This document shows, piece by piece, positions 45,743-55,107 of a stretch of DNA of 64,000 nt. The DNA is from a virus. Taxonomy: Duplodnaviria; Heunggongvirae; Uroviricota; Caudoviricetes. The DNA lies in the IMG/VR virus record IMGVR_UViG_3300031949_000001, positions 219,305 through 283,304 of that record. One strand, 5' to 3'. Every line of letters begins with the position of its first letter. Within the stretch, counting starts at the first letter, position 1. The position numbers and the translations under genes were made by a program. The notes beneath the pieces were generated by a model. That model did not search any database. It saw nothing but the letters and a program-made list of their open reading frames with translations, and was not told the origin of the DNA.

Positions 45743-46260
45743 GTACCTGTAGTTACTTTTGACACTTTTTTCTGGACTTTCTTAGCAGATTTACCAGCTC
45801 TCAGTTGGTTTCTAAGTTTCTTAATTTTTTTCTTGGCAAACTTTGAAGTTTGAAGTGCCCTATCATAAGGATGCCCTTTGTGTTCACCACCAGACATCTT
45901 AAGCTTTTCAACTTGCTTCTTTAAACTTTTAACTTGTTGCTTAAGTCCTTTGTGTTCGATGCTCAATTGCTTTTCGAGAGCCTTGCGTTCTTCGGCTTCT
46001 TTAATTAGTCCAATAGCACCATCTAAAAATGTTGTGTTCATTCCCATCTCCCCGAGATTTCTTTCCGGTATCGCTTTGGAACCGTAAGACTTTCCTGTTT
46101 TTGTGCTTCGTATGTTTACTTTATGTAAAACCATATCAGCATCTTTTCCATAATCACGCTTAGCGTACATACTAGGCAAATGAACTATAGTCGTTGCTTT
46201 CCTTGAAAGCTCATTTTGTGGTGCTTTCCACTCACCCAACTTAATTTCAAGAAGTTTCAT
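45733..46260 (-). CDS. hypothetical protein with Lys-rich coiled coil
   Basis: 175-aa ORF. Confidence 0.4.
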   Translation of the reverse strand: MKLLEIKLGEWKAPQNELSRKATTIVHLPSMYAKRDYGKDADMVLHKVNIRSTKTGKSYGSKAIPERNLGEMGMNTTFLDGAIGLIKEAEERKALEKQLSIEHKGLKQQVKSLKKQVEKLKMSGGEHKGHPYDRALQTSKFAKKKIKKLRNQLRAGKSAKKVQKKVSKVTTGTWE

Positions 46261-46541
46261 GCCGTTCCTTTAATAAACTTATGAAACCTACTAATTGCGC
46301 CTCGAAGAGTTGGGGCAGAATTAAAAGCCCTGTGGGTATTTGTTACATAAGTCTTCTTACCTTTAGAATTCTCAGATTTCCAAACAGCAGGCGATGCTAC
46401 GCCATTATCCGATCCCATATGCCAAACCGCACCAGATTTCATGACCTCTTCTCGTTCTTCAGGCGTTAAAGGCTTTTTATTTGCCTTCAGAATCTCGAAA
46501 GAATTCTTCCTTTCGTATATGAATAATTCAGTCAAGAGCAT
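46257..46541 (-). CDS. hypothetical protein
   Basis: 94-aa ORF. Confidence 0.35.
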   Translation of the reverse strand: MLLTELFIYERKNSFEILKANKKPLTPEEREEVMKSGAVWHMGSDNGVASPAVWKSENSKGKKTYVTNTHRAFNSAPTLRGAISRFHKFIKGTA

Positions 46542-46551
46542 ATTTTATTTA

Positions 46552-47052
46552 TTACTGTGGAGGTGGCGGTGGAGCAAAAGTCCTACCGGATGGTGTCAGA
46601 GGCGACACTCGTGGTTTTACCTTGGGCGTCTCTGGCTTGTTTATAACAGGAGGAGTTGGAGCAGGTTCTGGCTTGGCTATAACAGGCGAAACCGGGGTTG
46701 CTGGTTTAAAAGGTGGTACGGTAATTGTTGGAACCGGGGTTGCTGGAGGAGGGAGTTTACCATCACGACAAGCATCCAATAACACTTTCTGACGCAATAT
46801 AACACCTTTCAGTTGTGTTACATCTACGGTGTAATATTGCACGACCTTACCTGGATCTTTGATATCTTCATCGGTAAGCTTACCCATGAATAGTTCAGGT
46901 AGCGGAACATCGTCCGTCACACAAGGTTGAACAATTGGAATTTCAACTCTAATTGGATCGAGTTGCTTAATTATAGTCGTAGGCGCGCGAGGAAGTGTAT
47001 TACAACCACCTAATAAAAGAGCGATTAGAATAATAAATTTATGGTTGTTCAT
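46552..47052 (-). CDS. o-spanin-like outer-membrane lipoprotein
   Basis: Starts MNNHKFIILIALLLGGC (lipobox LGGC) with a Pro-rich periplasmic region. The start overlaps the 3' end of the upstream i-spanin-like gene. Confidence 0.5.
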   Translation of the reverse strand: MNNHKFIILIALLLGGCNTLPRAPTTIIKQLDPIRVEIPIVQPCVTDDVPLPELFMGKLTDEDIKDPGKVVQYYTVDVTQLKGVILRQKVLLDACRDGKLPPPATPVPTITVPPFKPATPVSPVIAKPEPAPTPPVINKPETPKVKPRVSPLTPSGRTFAPPPPPQ

Positions 47053-47527
47053 CTTTAGGTTCCTCCCACTTACCGGCGTTTTTAGCAAAATCAATCAAAT
47101 ATTGAATACTTTCGTGATCGTTTTGCGGCTTTGCCTGATTCAAAATTTGTTGTATTTTCGATTCGTACTCTTTTTTTATGGAAGTATTAGCCTTTGATGC
47201 AGCAGCAGCCGCTATCTTATACTTCTCTGCCTGACTAGCGAGTATCTCAACGTGTTTATTTTGATCAGCGATAGTATCTTTACAAACTTGTGCCGCCTCA
47301 TCTGCCAACTTCTTTAAATTGTTGAATTTGTCAGACCAATCTTGGATTATTACCACATCTTCCTTGATTTGAGCTTGATCTTTAACATGTTGATTACGCA
47401 AATGATTAACATACAGAAGTGCAACAGCTACGAGTATAACAGGCAGCACAATTTTCCAATTCTTAATCAGAAAACTGAAGATACCACCAAAAAAAGATTT
47501 GGCTAAAAGAAAGAAACCCATTATCAA
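47039..47527 (-). CDS. i-spanin-like protein (N-terminal transmembrane segment + coiled coil)
   Basis: Hydrophobic N-terminus followed by a charged helical periplasmic domain. Overlaps the lipoprotein gene. Confidence 0.5.
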   Translation of the reverse strand: MIMGFFLLAKSFFGGIFSFLIKNWKIVLPVILVAVALLYVNHLRNQHVKDQAQIKEDVVIIQDWSDKFNNLKKLADEAAQVCKDTIADQNKHVEILASQAEKYKIAAAAASKANTSIKKEYESKIQQILNQAKPQNDHESIQYLIDFAKNAGKWEEPKDEQP

Positions 47528-47748
47528 ACTCCCATACTAATTTGTTTTAATTTTATTCTTGTCGCTTCGGCTTCTGCAAATTCTTGCGATCCTTTCAAAG
47601 CGGATGCCTTACGCGCACTTGCCTTTAGGGCAAATTGCATATGCACAAGCATGACCTTAAGTTTGCGATTCTCTGTTGTTAATTTAAAATTTTCAAAGCG
47701 AAGACGCTTTTCTTCCTTAGATATAACAGCCATAATTCTCCTAGACAT
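47524..47748 (-). CDS. hypothetical basic protein
   Basis: 74-aa ORF. Confidence 0.35.
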   Translation of the reverse strand: MSRRIMAVISKEEKRLRFENFKLTTENRKLKVMLVHMQFALKASARKASALKGSQEFAEAEATRIKLKQISMGV

Positions 47749-47795
47749 AATTGTCTAGTTATTTATGCTTCAGCTATTGTACCGCCAAGGTATTA

Positions 47796-48137
47796 CTATG
47801 CTTTAGGATGGATCTTACTCATTGAATGAGCAAGGATTAGTTTTTTCCAAAGACGTGGGCTGATAAGATCACTGTGCCGCAAAATATCAGGATGAATAAC
47901 CAGGACACCACGATCCAAGGCAGATGTCAAGCTCTCAGTTGAAAGCTTAACGGGAATGGTTCCTTCAGGTAGGAACGTTTCTTCTGCTCGAATAATGGAT
48001 AAATTAAAAGAAAATTGATATAGTTTCTCAACGATACCGTAATCGTAATAGTTTCGTGTCAAAGTACTCGGAAGTACGACGATAGCTCCAACAAAAATCT
48101 CTTGATTTAGAACGTCAAAGAAAGGTGCCTTTTGCAT
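47796..48137 (-). CDS. hypothetical protein
   Basis: 113-aa ORF. Confidence 0.4.
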   Translation of the reverse strand: MQKAPFFDVLNQEIFVGAIVVLPSTLTRNYYDYGIVEKLYQFSFNLSIIRAEETFLPEGTIPVKLSTESLTSALDRGVLVIHPDILRHSDLISPRLWKKLILAHSMSKIHPKA

Positions 48138-48138
48138 C

Positions 48139-48567
48139 TCATTTACTCAGTGGTTGTTTCTTATTTTCCGCGAGAAACCATTTGATATCTCTGAAACTAT
48201 TCTTTACCTTATCAGAAGCAATGGATAGATTGTATTCAGCTTCTGCGGCGATATCAACCAATTCTTCCAAAGTTTTAGCATGATGGCTATAACGAAGAGG
48301 ATAATAATGCATGGGTTCATACTTGGTTCTGTCGATCAAACGAAAATTGATCGGAACGTCACCATCGGGGTCCATTTCATACTTGTTGTGAATTATATCA
48401 TTAAAGATGTCGGCAAGTGTTGCAACTTCGTCGTCTTCGACAGGCGACCAGCCTCCGGTTGATTCCTTCTTAACTTCAAGGAATTTACGGAGACGCTCAA
48501 AGATTTCTTCTGGCGTTGGAATGATATAGCATTCTTTCTCGTGATCGTAGTCTATCATTGACAGCAT
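48139..48567 (-). CDS. hypothetical protein
   Basis: 142-aa ORF. Confidence 0.4.
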   Translation of the reverse strand: MLSMIDYDHEKECYIIPTPEEIFERLRKFLEVKKESTGGWSPVEDDEVATLADIFNDIIHNKYEMDPDGDVPINFRLIDRTKYEPMHYYPLRYSHHAKTLEELVDIAAEAEYNLSIASDKVKNSFRDIKWFLAENKKQPLSK

Positions 48568-48621
48568 CCTCAGTTAAGATGCCACCAATGATAGCTCATA
48601 ACAAATTCAGAGTCAAGTGCT

Positions 48622-49038
48622 TTATTTTTGAAGCACAGAAAAGATGTATTCCCAAATTTCCGGAGTAAGAACCTTTTTGTACGCATCGTAATTCGAAATA
48701 CATTCCAAATAGTACTCCGATTTCTTGGGATACCAATTACGGAGGCGATTCCAAAGATCCCAACGAGCATGAACGAATTTGCTCTGATGACCATTGTCTA
48801 TCTTGCTTTTCTTGGTGAGTGGAGTGAATCCGAAATCATCCGGACGACCACGCAAGATGTTATGAATAATCATATCCGATGCGGTGAGGCAACGATTATG
48901 AGCCAATGTCTTATGGGTTGCTCGGTACTGTAGATACTGCTCTTTACTGACGAACGGTTTTGTGTCTTGAATGATTGTTTCCATTTTGAATCTCCTAATA
49001 AAAAGTTGTGTTTGTAAAACCGGATAAACTAAAAACAA
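48622..49038 (-). CDS. hypothetical protein
   Basis: 138-aa ORF. Confidence 0.4.
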   Translation of the reverse strand: MFLVYPVLQTQLFIRRFKMETIIQDTKPFVSKEQYLQYRATHKTLAHNRCLTASDMIIHNILRGRPDDFGFTPLTKKSKIDNGHQSKFVHARWDLWNRLRNWYPKKSEYYLECISNYDAYKKVLTPEIWEYIFSVLQK

Positions 49039-49099
49039 CTTTATTAGGGTGGGCTTAAATTATGAACCTACATACATCCTCCTGTCTATGTTGTAAATT

Positions 49100-49175
49100 T
49101 GGCGCGCAGTGTGGGAATCGGACCCACGACAATCGGTTTTAGAGACCGCTCCTCTGACCACTAAGGTAACTGCGC
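49100..49175 (-). tRNA. tRNA with CUA anticodon (amber suppressor; Trp-like anticodon arm)
   Basis: The minus strand reads GCGCAGT-TA-CCTT-AGTGGTCA-GAGG-A-GCGGT-CTCTAAA-ACCGA-TTGTC-GTGGG-TCCGATT-CCCAC-ACTGCGC-G-CCA. It is 76 nt with 7/7 acceptor pairs, U33, A37, anticodon positions 34-36 = CUA, and discriminator G73. The anticodon arm is nearly identical to E. coli tRNA-Trp (CCGGUCUCCAAAACCGG). Confidence 0.75.
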
Positions 49176-49593
49176 ATGTTGGATTGAATAATACAGGGAT
49201 TTGTTTAGGATGTCAATACGAGGTTGGCTAGTCGCCACCACCGTCTCCACCATCGCCTCCAGAATCGGAGTCTGAGCCGGTATTAGAGCCGAAGCCCCCG
49301 ACACCAAGCCAGAAGCCACCAAATCGACGGTGATAGGATTTCTTAGAAGATTTGCGTTTTCGCTTCTTCTTTCTCTTTTTTTCAATAAGAAGGATTTCTC
49401 GAAGAAGCATTTTGTCTAGTCTTGATTTTTACGGTAAGGCTTGTCTTTCGTCCTCAAATAATCGCGACGATATACTTTAGCGGCTGTCGGCTTACCAACA
49501 TTCTTGGCTGCTCTCGCTTCGTCTGATGCTAGCCTTTCAGCAATCATAGTATCAGCAATTTCATTGAGTTGCTTAACTAGTTCGAATTTCATA

Positions 49594-51087
49594 TTAAGCT
49601 CCTACATCATTAGCAGCATGCGCCAATAAGCGACGTGCAGTAACGACTTCTGGTGGTGTTAGATGGAATAAATCTGCGTACTGGAGCTTTTGAACAGCCG
49701 ACGCTAGATTTCTATCTTCTGGTGGGTAGTCGGAATATTTAGCAATGATTTCTGCTACCTTACCGATATCAGCCGGTTCTAGTTTAAAACCTGATCTGGA
49801 GACACTAGTGGATGGCTCTCCGATTTGCTGATCATCCGAATCAATACCTTGAGAAAATGCTTCTGGATCATCCCCACCCACATCTGGTACTCTACCGCCC
49901 GGTGCTCCTGGATCTTCATCACCAAATGCTTCAGCCAAATCGTACTTCATGCAAGTTTCGCGGATCAAATCCATTTTTTCATCTTTTGTCATGACATCAA
50001 ATCCGTCAACCTTCTCAGCACCATGTTCCATAGCGATCTTGATAATTGTTGTCTTGTCATCATAATCTGCCGGATCAAGATAATTTTCGAAAACTTTGTT
50101 TAGTTTGCGCATCATCTTTTGAAATTCAAAAGCGCTTTCAACAATGTAATCTACTTCCGGAGCAGCAAAATCAACACCTTCATGATGGGCTGCTTTTTTA
50201 GCTTTCTTTTTCCACATAACAGATGCTGCTACAGCTTTTGGATCGCGAGCGCCTCCAGCTTTTGCTTTTCGTTCAACTTTACCAAAACCACCACCGAAAA
50301 CATTCTTACCGGAATGTGCTTTCTTGACTGTAGTTGTCTTTTGTTTTTTCGTGAGACCAGCGGATGGTTTTTTCTTTTCTTCAAGAACGACACCATTGGT
50401 AGTAACACTTTCATCCTTCTTACTACCGGCTTCATGCGCCGCTTTCATTTTCTTGTAGCGAGCGCTAAGTGTATTGAAATTGCCAGTAATTCTGGACTTG
50501 TGCTTCTTTCTAGCTGCGGGGTCTTTTAGTTTGTCGGCTAGAGCACGACCACGCAAAGCAGCCTTGTACATCTTTTCGACTTCAGCGAAACTGGCGCCTG
50601 CTGGAATCTCCACAGCTTCAGCCATAATGATTGTATCGGCTTCTTCTTGAGTTAGACCTTCACTCATCGCTTTATATGCTTCTTGTGCTCGAAGAGCACT
50701 CATTAGACGACCTTGTATATTACTGTCTTTAAGAGCCTGTTGAACTCGTTGGAAAAATGTCAAGCCGCCAGGAGTCTTGGATTGAGCAGCTTGAGTAGCC
50801 TCGTTCTCAATTTGGGAAATTAGTGTCAAAGCATCTGGCGCGCCGCTCCTACCAGAATTTTCGACCAAGAAGTTTGTGAAGGACATATTACGGACATCTT
50901 CAATCATTTTTAGTGTCTCCAAGTATTCAACTGCTTCCTTAACCTTACGCTTAGCTCTCTTGTGCTTTGCTGCATCAGCACGATTAAAATCACACGCGAC
51001 ATCTTTTGGAATGCCGGAAGTGGATTTCTCAGGATCGTGGCAAGCTATCGCCATTGCGACTTTCTGCTTATCGGATACGGAAGGCAT
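49594..51087 (-). CDS. large hypothetical protein (putative late/virion protein)
   Basis: 497 aa with Lys/Ala-rich low-complexity stretches. An ATAAATA core lies about 25 nt upstream. Confidence 0.5.
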   Translation of the reverse strand: MPSVSDKQKVAMAIACHDPEKSTSGIPKDVACDFNRADAAKHKRAKRKVKEAVEYLETLKMIEDVRNMSFTNFLVENSGRSGAPDALTLISQIENEATQAAQSKTPGGLTFFQRVQQALKDSNIQGRLMSALRAQEAYKAMSEGLTQEEADTIIMAEAVEIPAGASFAEVEKMYKAALRGRALADKLKDPAARKKHKSRITGNFNTLSARYKKMKAAHEAGSKKDESVTTNGVVLEEKKKPSAGLTKKQKTTTVKKAHSGKNVFGGGFGKVERKAKAGGARDPKAVAASVMWKKKAKKAAHHEGVDFAAPEVDYIVESAFEFQKMMRKLNKVFENYLDPADYDDKTTIIKIAMEHGAEKVDGFDVMTKDEKMDLIRETCMKYDLAEAFGDEDPGAPGGRVPDVGGDDPEAFSQGIDSDDQQIGEPSTSVSRSGFKLEPADIGKVAEIIAKYSDYPPEDRNLASAVQKLQYADLFHLTPPEVVTARRLLAHAANDVGA

Positions 51088-51150
51088 TGTTGTTTCTCCT
51101 TGATTGTTTTGCCATATTATTTATGGGATTATTGGAAAATGGATCTAATT

Positions 51151-51600
51151 TTAGACCCACATAACGCTATCTTGTGGAAAGTCTGCGTTCATATAATGGT
51201 CTTTAACCATAAAAGTAAGTGCTTTTATTTTATACTCGAATGGAGGAGTATTTTTAAGAATTACACACGGAACATTAGCAACTCCCGGTCGCTTCTCTGG
51301 TGTGGTGAATTTACGTTTGAATAGAATGTATACTTCTGGATTCTTGTTAAGACCATCTAGGAACTTGGTTAGTTTGCCTATTTTCCATGCTTTCAAGATA
51401 CCACCGAAAGTCTCAGTAAAAGCTTTAGGCGAAACCAGAGTGGCTCGCCTTGGATCTTGATTGAAAGCGACTTGTAATTTAACGTGAGTTGTGAAAATGA
51501 GTTCTATCTTCGCTGCCGCAAACTGATCAACAGATTGGCGTGCGTAGACGACAAACTCCTCTTCAGACATTTCCGATAGAACAAATTCAATAAGACGCAT
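51151..51600 (-). CDS. hypothetical protein
   Basis: 149-aa ORF. Confidence 0.4.
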   Translation of the reverse strand: MRLIEFVLSEMSEEEFVVYARQSVDQFAAAKIELIFTTHVKLQVAFNQDPRRATLVSPKAFTETFGGILKAWKIGKLTKFLDGLNKNPEVYILFKRKFTTPEKRPGVANVPCVILKNTPPFEYKIKALTFMVKDHYMNADFPQDSVMWV

Positions 51601-51803
51601 AAATTAACCTCGTTGGTTTATTTATGGAGTTATTTTATCCGAGCAGTAATTGTTTACCTTCGTCGGTACGTTCTAGAATTTGTGGAACTTCGTTGAGTGC
51701 GCGCGGCACCGAAAGAGAAGCACTTTCGGCAAGATTTTTACTGCCATAAGGTCCGAACATTCCTTGGGAAGTTTGGACCCAATATTTCAACATATTCATT
51801 TGA

Positions 51804-52304
51804 TCATTCAACATTTTCACCACTGATGGCTTCGATAGCATTGTTCCTAATAACATTCGTAGTTTCCTCCATGAATAATTGTATATATTGCTTTAAATTG
51901 CCTGGGATATTATTGAATTCGAGTGGTATATCGTAAGTTACGGTACGAAATCGCCGCCCCTTTACAAAAGTGTGGACATCATGACAACCCATAAAACAAA
52001 CAGTTTGATTTCGAGGAGTTCGGATAATATGAGGATTTGATTTAGAGCGTCCAAACTCAACACCAGCTTCATTGAGCATGAAGCAAAAATATTCACAGAG
52101 ACATAGAGCGTAACTATAAGAGGGAGCAACCACCAAATGAAAAGTATCAGTATCACCGACCTCTAATTCACCAATCAGCAAAACAAATTGAGCAGTTGTT
52201 TTCCCTGCTCTGCGCGGGAGATGTTCAGTTGTTTTTAATTTTTCAATAGTCGAATGAAGCCGATCAATATCGAATTGGGTATTTCCCACGGCAATAGATT
52301 TCAT
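51804..52304 (-). CDS. hypothetical protein
   Basis: 166-aa ORF containing PRRAGKTT (not a canonical Walker A). Confidence 0.4.
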   Translation of the reverse strand: MKSIAVGNTQFDIDRLHSTIEKLKTTEHLPRRAGKTTAQFVLLIGELEVGDTDTFHLVVAPSYSYALCLCEYFCFMLNEAGVEFGRSKSNPHIIRTPRNQTVCFMGCHDVHTFVKGRRFRTVTYDIPLEFNNIPGNLKQYIQLFMEETTNVIRNNAIEAISGENVE

Positions 52305-52463
52305 CGAGGATATCCCTGTCTAATTTTTCTTGTATTTCTTTAATGACGGCTGTTACTAAGACTTCATCTAAACCATGAGGAGGCTCAATGAATGATATCG
52401 TTGGTTCTGGAGGAAGAGGAGCGGCATAACCAAAGAATGCGGCTATTCTTCTAAATAATTTCC

Positions 52464-52661
52464 TTAATCCCACTTCAAACCAGTCTTTGGGTTTATAGCT
52501 GTTTCCAGCTTGTAGTTTTTTTCTTCGATAACGATGTAAGGTTCATAGGTGTCTGGATCGACTTGAGTATGTCCAGCACCCATCATATTCTTGCGTATAT
52601 ATTCCTTGAGACGATCAAATTCTTCTTTAGTTTTGATTTCTTCGTAAACAATATAACTCAT
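52464..52661 (-). CDS. small protein, paralogue A
   Basis: 65 aa. Shares IVY.EI...EE......E........D...PY..I.EKNY with the adjacent ORF. Confidence 0.4.
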   Translation of the reverse strand: MSYIVYEEIKTKEEFDRLKEYIRKNMMGAGHTQVDPDTYEPYIVIEEKNYKLETAINPKTGLKWD

Positions 52662-52663
52662 TT

Positions 52664-52852
52664 TTAATCCTTAAGTGGTAAAAGTAAATAGTTCTTTTCG
52701 TCTATTTTTACGTAAGGTTGAAATGTATCGGGATCAATTAAAATAAATGAAGATCGTCCAAATTCATCAACGTTGGCTTTGTGTTCCTTGCACCAATCTC
52801 TAACTTTTTGCTCTTCTTCTGCTGAAGAAATCTCACTATAAACAATATTCAT
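52664..52852 (-). CDS. small protein, paralogue B
   Basis: 62 aa, tandem paralogue of 52464..52661. Confidence 0.4.
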   Translation of the reverse strand: MNIVYSEISSAEEEQKVRDWCKEHKANVDEFGRSSFILIDPDTFQPYVKIDEKNYLLLPLKD

Positions 52853-52860
52853 ATGTCACC

Positions 52861-53274
52861 TTATAATTTGCGTGTGGGCACATAGTCTGGTGGTTCGCCG
52901 TTGTTCTTGCGGCAATCCGTTAGTTCATCATTAAAGGCTGTATCCGCCTCCTCTTTTGCGTAGGTTCTCTTGAACCAATCTTGTATTTCTTCTGAACCCC
53001 AATCGTTATACCAACCTATAACCAGATTACTCGGTCCTGGCGCTAGTTCTGGTAGGCGATCTACTGTCAACCATGTGTAGAAATCGTCTTTAACTGTCTT
53101 GAGTGACATATCTGTCTTTTTCTTCTCAATCACAGTAAAAGCGATCCAGGCACGTAATTCACATTCATCTTTTGTATCAATAGGAATCCACTTTTCCGCC
53201 GCTAAGGCAGAATTTAATCCTAAAAAACATAGAACAATAAAAACAAACTTTTTCATGGTATTCTCCTTAAGCAT
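52861..53274 (-). CDS. secreted protein
   Basis: Signal peptide MKKFVFIVLCFLGLNSALA. Confidence 0.45.
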   Translation of the reverse strand: MLKENTMKKFVFIVLCFLGLNSALAAEKWIPIDTKDECELRAWIAFTVIEKKKTDMSLKTVKDDFYTWLTVDRLPELAPGPSNLVIGWYNDWGSEEIQDWFKRTYAKEEADTAFNDELTDCRKNNGEPPDYVPTRKL

Positions 53275-53647
53275 CGGATTTCATTTTAGGTTCGGTTACT
53301 TCTGGTATTGCGTTGTCTGTAATAGTACAAGCCTTAATTTCTGATTCTTGTGCTCGTTTCGGATCATCGTAGCTTCCATATGTTACGTTGAACCATGTTT
53401 CCATAGCCGTTGGACCCCAAGCTTTATACCATTCTCTCATAATGGCAAGTCTACGTCGGTTACCAACACCACGACCTTGGAGTTGAAAAACAAATCGTTC
53501 AAATTGTTGCTCAACCGGAAACATCCTTTTGGTAGTAATAATGTGTGAAGCGACAATTCCTCTGACATCACAAACAGTAACTTGTGGTTCTTCATCAGCA
53601 ATTGCTAACGTTGCAGTTAACAACAGTAAGGGGATCAGTCTTAACAT
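53267..53647 (-). CDS. secreted protein
   Basis: Signal peptide MLRLIPLLLLTATLAIA. Trp/Tyr spacing similar to the neighbouring secreted protein. Confidence 0.45.
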   Translation of the reverse strand: MLRLIPLLLLTATLAIADEEPQVTVCDVRGIVASHIITTKRMFPVEQQFERFVFQLQGRGVGNRRRLAIMREWYKAWGPTAMETWFNVTYGSYDDPKRAQESEIKACTITDNAIPEVTEPKMKSDA

Positions 53648-53649
53648 TT

Positions 53650-54141
53650 CTATCCTTTATAATCGCAAACAAAAAATTCTACATCCGGAAAATTAGCTGC
53701 GACCTTCTCAACTACCGGTTTAACTTCTTCTTCCCAATTCAATCCACCGAGATTACAACCGATCTTGGGCATGTAAATCGGAAGTTTTCGCTGTCTTGCA
53801 AAAGAGGCTACTGTTGACAACCCTTGTTCGATGGCTTCTGGATTAGCGTATTTAGCACCGTCTCGACCGTAGTATAATTGAGTGAAAATGTTGGCGACGA
53901 AGAGTTCCAAACCGATGGCTTTAACGCCTTCTTGTGTGTCTACATAGAGGACAAACCCAAGCAAACCTGCTTTGTTTTTTTGGTTTTTCTCCCAATATGA
54001 ACGATATGCCTTGTAGACAATTGGGAATCTTTGACGTAGCGCAAATGCAACACCAGATCCCATTTTCCCTTGACAATTACATCCATGAGCGATGATTCCC
54101 ATCTTAATGGTGGTGAGGTCTAATGTTTCATAATGTATCAT
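53650..54141 (-). CDS. macro domain protein (ADP-ribose binding/hydrolysing)
   Basis: GIIAHGCNCQGKMGSGVAFAL and PKIGCNLGGL align with macro-domain motifs (compare Af1521 AIVNAANKRLEHGGGVAYAI ... SAGIYG). Confidence 0.7.
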   Translation of the reverse strand: MIHYETLDLTTIKMGIIAHGCNCQGKMGSGVAFALRQRFPIVYKAYRSYWEKNQKNKAGLLGFVLYVDTQEGVKAIGLELFVANIFTQLYYGRDGAKYANPEAIEQGLSTVASFARQRKLPIYMPKIGCNLGGLNWEEEVKPVVEKVAANFPDVEFFVCDYKG

Positions 54142-54178
54142 ATATGTTATTAAAATGGTCTTAAATGTAATTTATATG

Positions 54179-55066
54179 TTACATTACGAGGATACCTTTA
54201 CTTGCCTCGCTCATGAGTTGGTCGAAATAATAATTCATAGTATTTGCGAAAGTTTCTACAGAATCCGCATAGTCTTCACGAGTATCAGCATCCGAATACA
54301 ATGGATACTTACCCCAACCTGTTCCACCAATAGTCTTTGGTAACTTGTTAAATCTTACCTTACCTTCAATGACATACTGCGCGAATAGTTCATTGTAAAT
54401 TTCGAAATAATCTCGAATATTCTTTTCTCTAGCTGATTTAAAGGTACACAATTCCTGGAACAGATGAATCATCCTTAATTGGCTGTTTCGAATCTGTGCC
54501 CTTCTTTGTTCATCATACGCTGACGCAGAAGACTGAACACTTGTATATCCTCTCATATTATAGACGTTCTGAAGGATATCTTCAAGAAAATGGTTAGTTT
54601 CCTTCACTAATTCAGCATAAAATCGAAATTGCCGTGTACTCCTTCCACCATTAAAATCAAATCTAGCCAGTGCGTGAGCCATTCTATGCGCCATGATCCA
54701 AGGCGTCATTGGCACCTTTTGAGCAGCAGCATTTCCAACATAAATGATATTGACGTTTTCCTCTTGCCCAACATAAGGCTCTACCGCCTTAGCAACATCA
54801 GCACCTAAATTCTTCTCAACCCAAGGCAAATCAACCTTTCCTTTTTCCGTAAACTGACGAGCACCCGGCTTATTATCAAAGAACATATTGATAATGTATG
54901 GCGTCTTGCCGAACTTCTTCCTGACGTTCTCAATAGCCTTTGGGCTTGAAACTAGAGCGGGATCTGTTTTGCCTTGGAAAGAATGGGGCTTGCTAAAATC
55001 GCCGATAGTTTGATAGGCGCCGAGGGGTACTTCCGCCAGAAATGTCTTGAAAGTTGTTTTTTCCAT
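54179..55066 (-). CDS. hypothetical protein
   Basis: 295-aa ORF between macro-domain and NDT-like genes; no motif recognised. Confidence 0.45.
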   Translation of the reverse strand: MEKTTFKTFLAEVPLGAYQTIGDFSKPHSFQGKTDPALVSSPKAIENVRKKFGKTPYIINMFFDNKPGARQFTEKGKVDLPWVEKNLGADVAKAVEPYVGQEENVNIIYVGNAAAQKVPMTPWIMAHRMAHALARFDFNGGRSTRQFRFYAELVKETNHFLEDILQNVYNMRGYTSVQSSASAYDEQRRAQIRNSQLRMIHLFQELCTFKSAREKNIRDYFEIYNELFAQYVIEGKVRFNKLPKTIGGTGWGKYPLYSDADTREDYADSVETFANTMNYYFDQLMSEASKGILVM

Positions 55067-55107
55067 AATAAATCCTTGAGTTCACTATGGAATATTTATT
55101 TCAAACT

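Noticed and set aside
49161-49410. Two overlapping small ORFs (a Gly/Asp-rich peptide and a Lys/Arg-rich peptide) next to the suppressor tRNA
   Set aside because: These are low-complexity, mutually exclusive frames overlapping the tRNA 5' flank. They are probably non-coding promoter or leader sequence for the tRNA.
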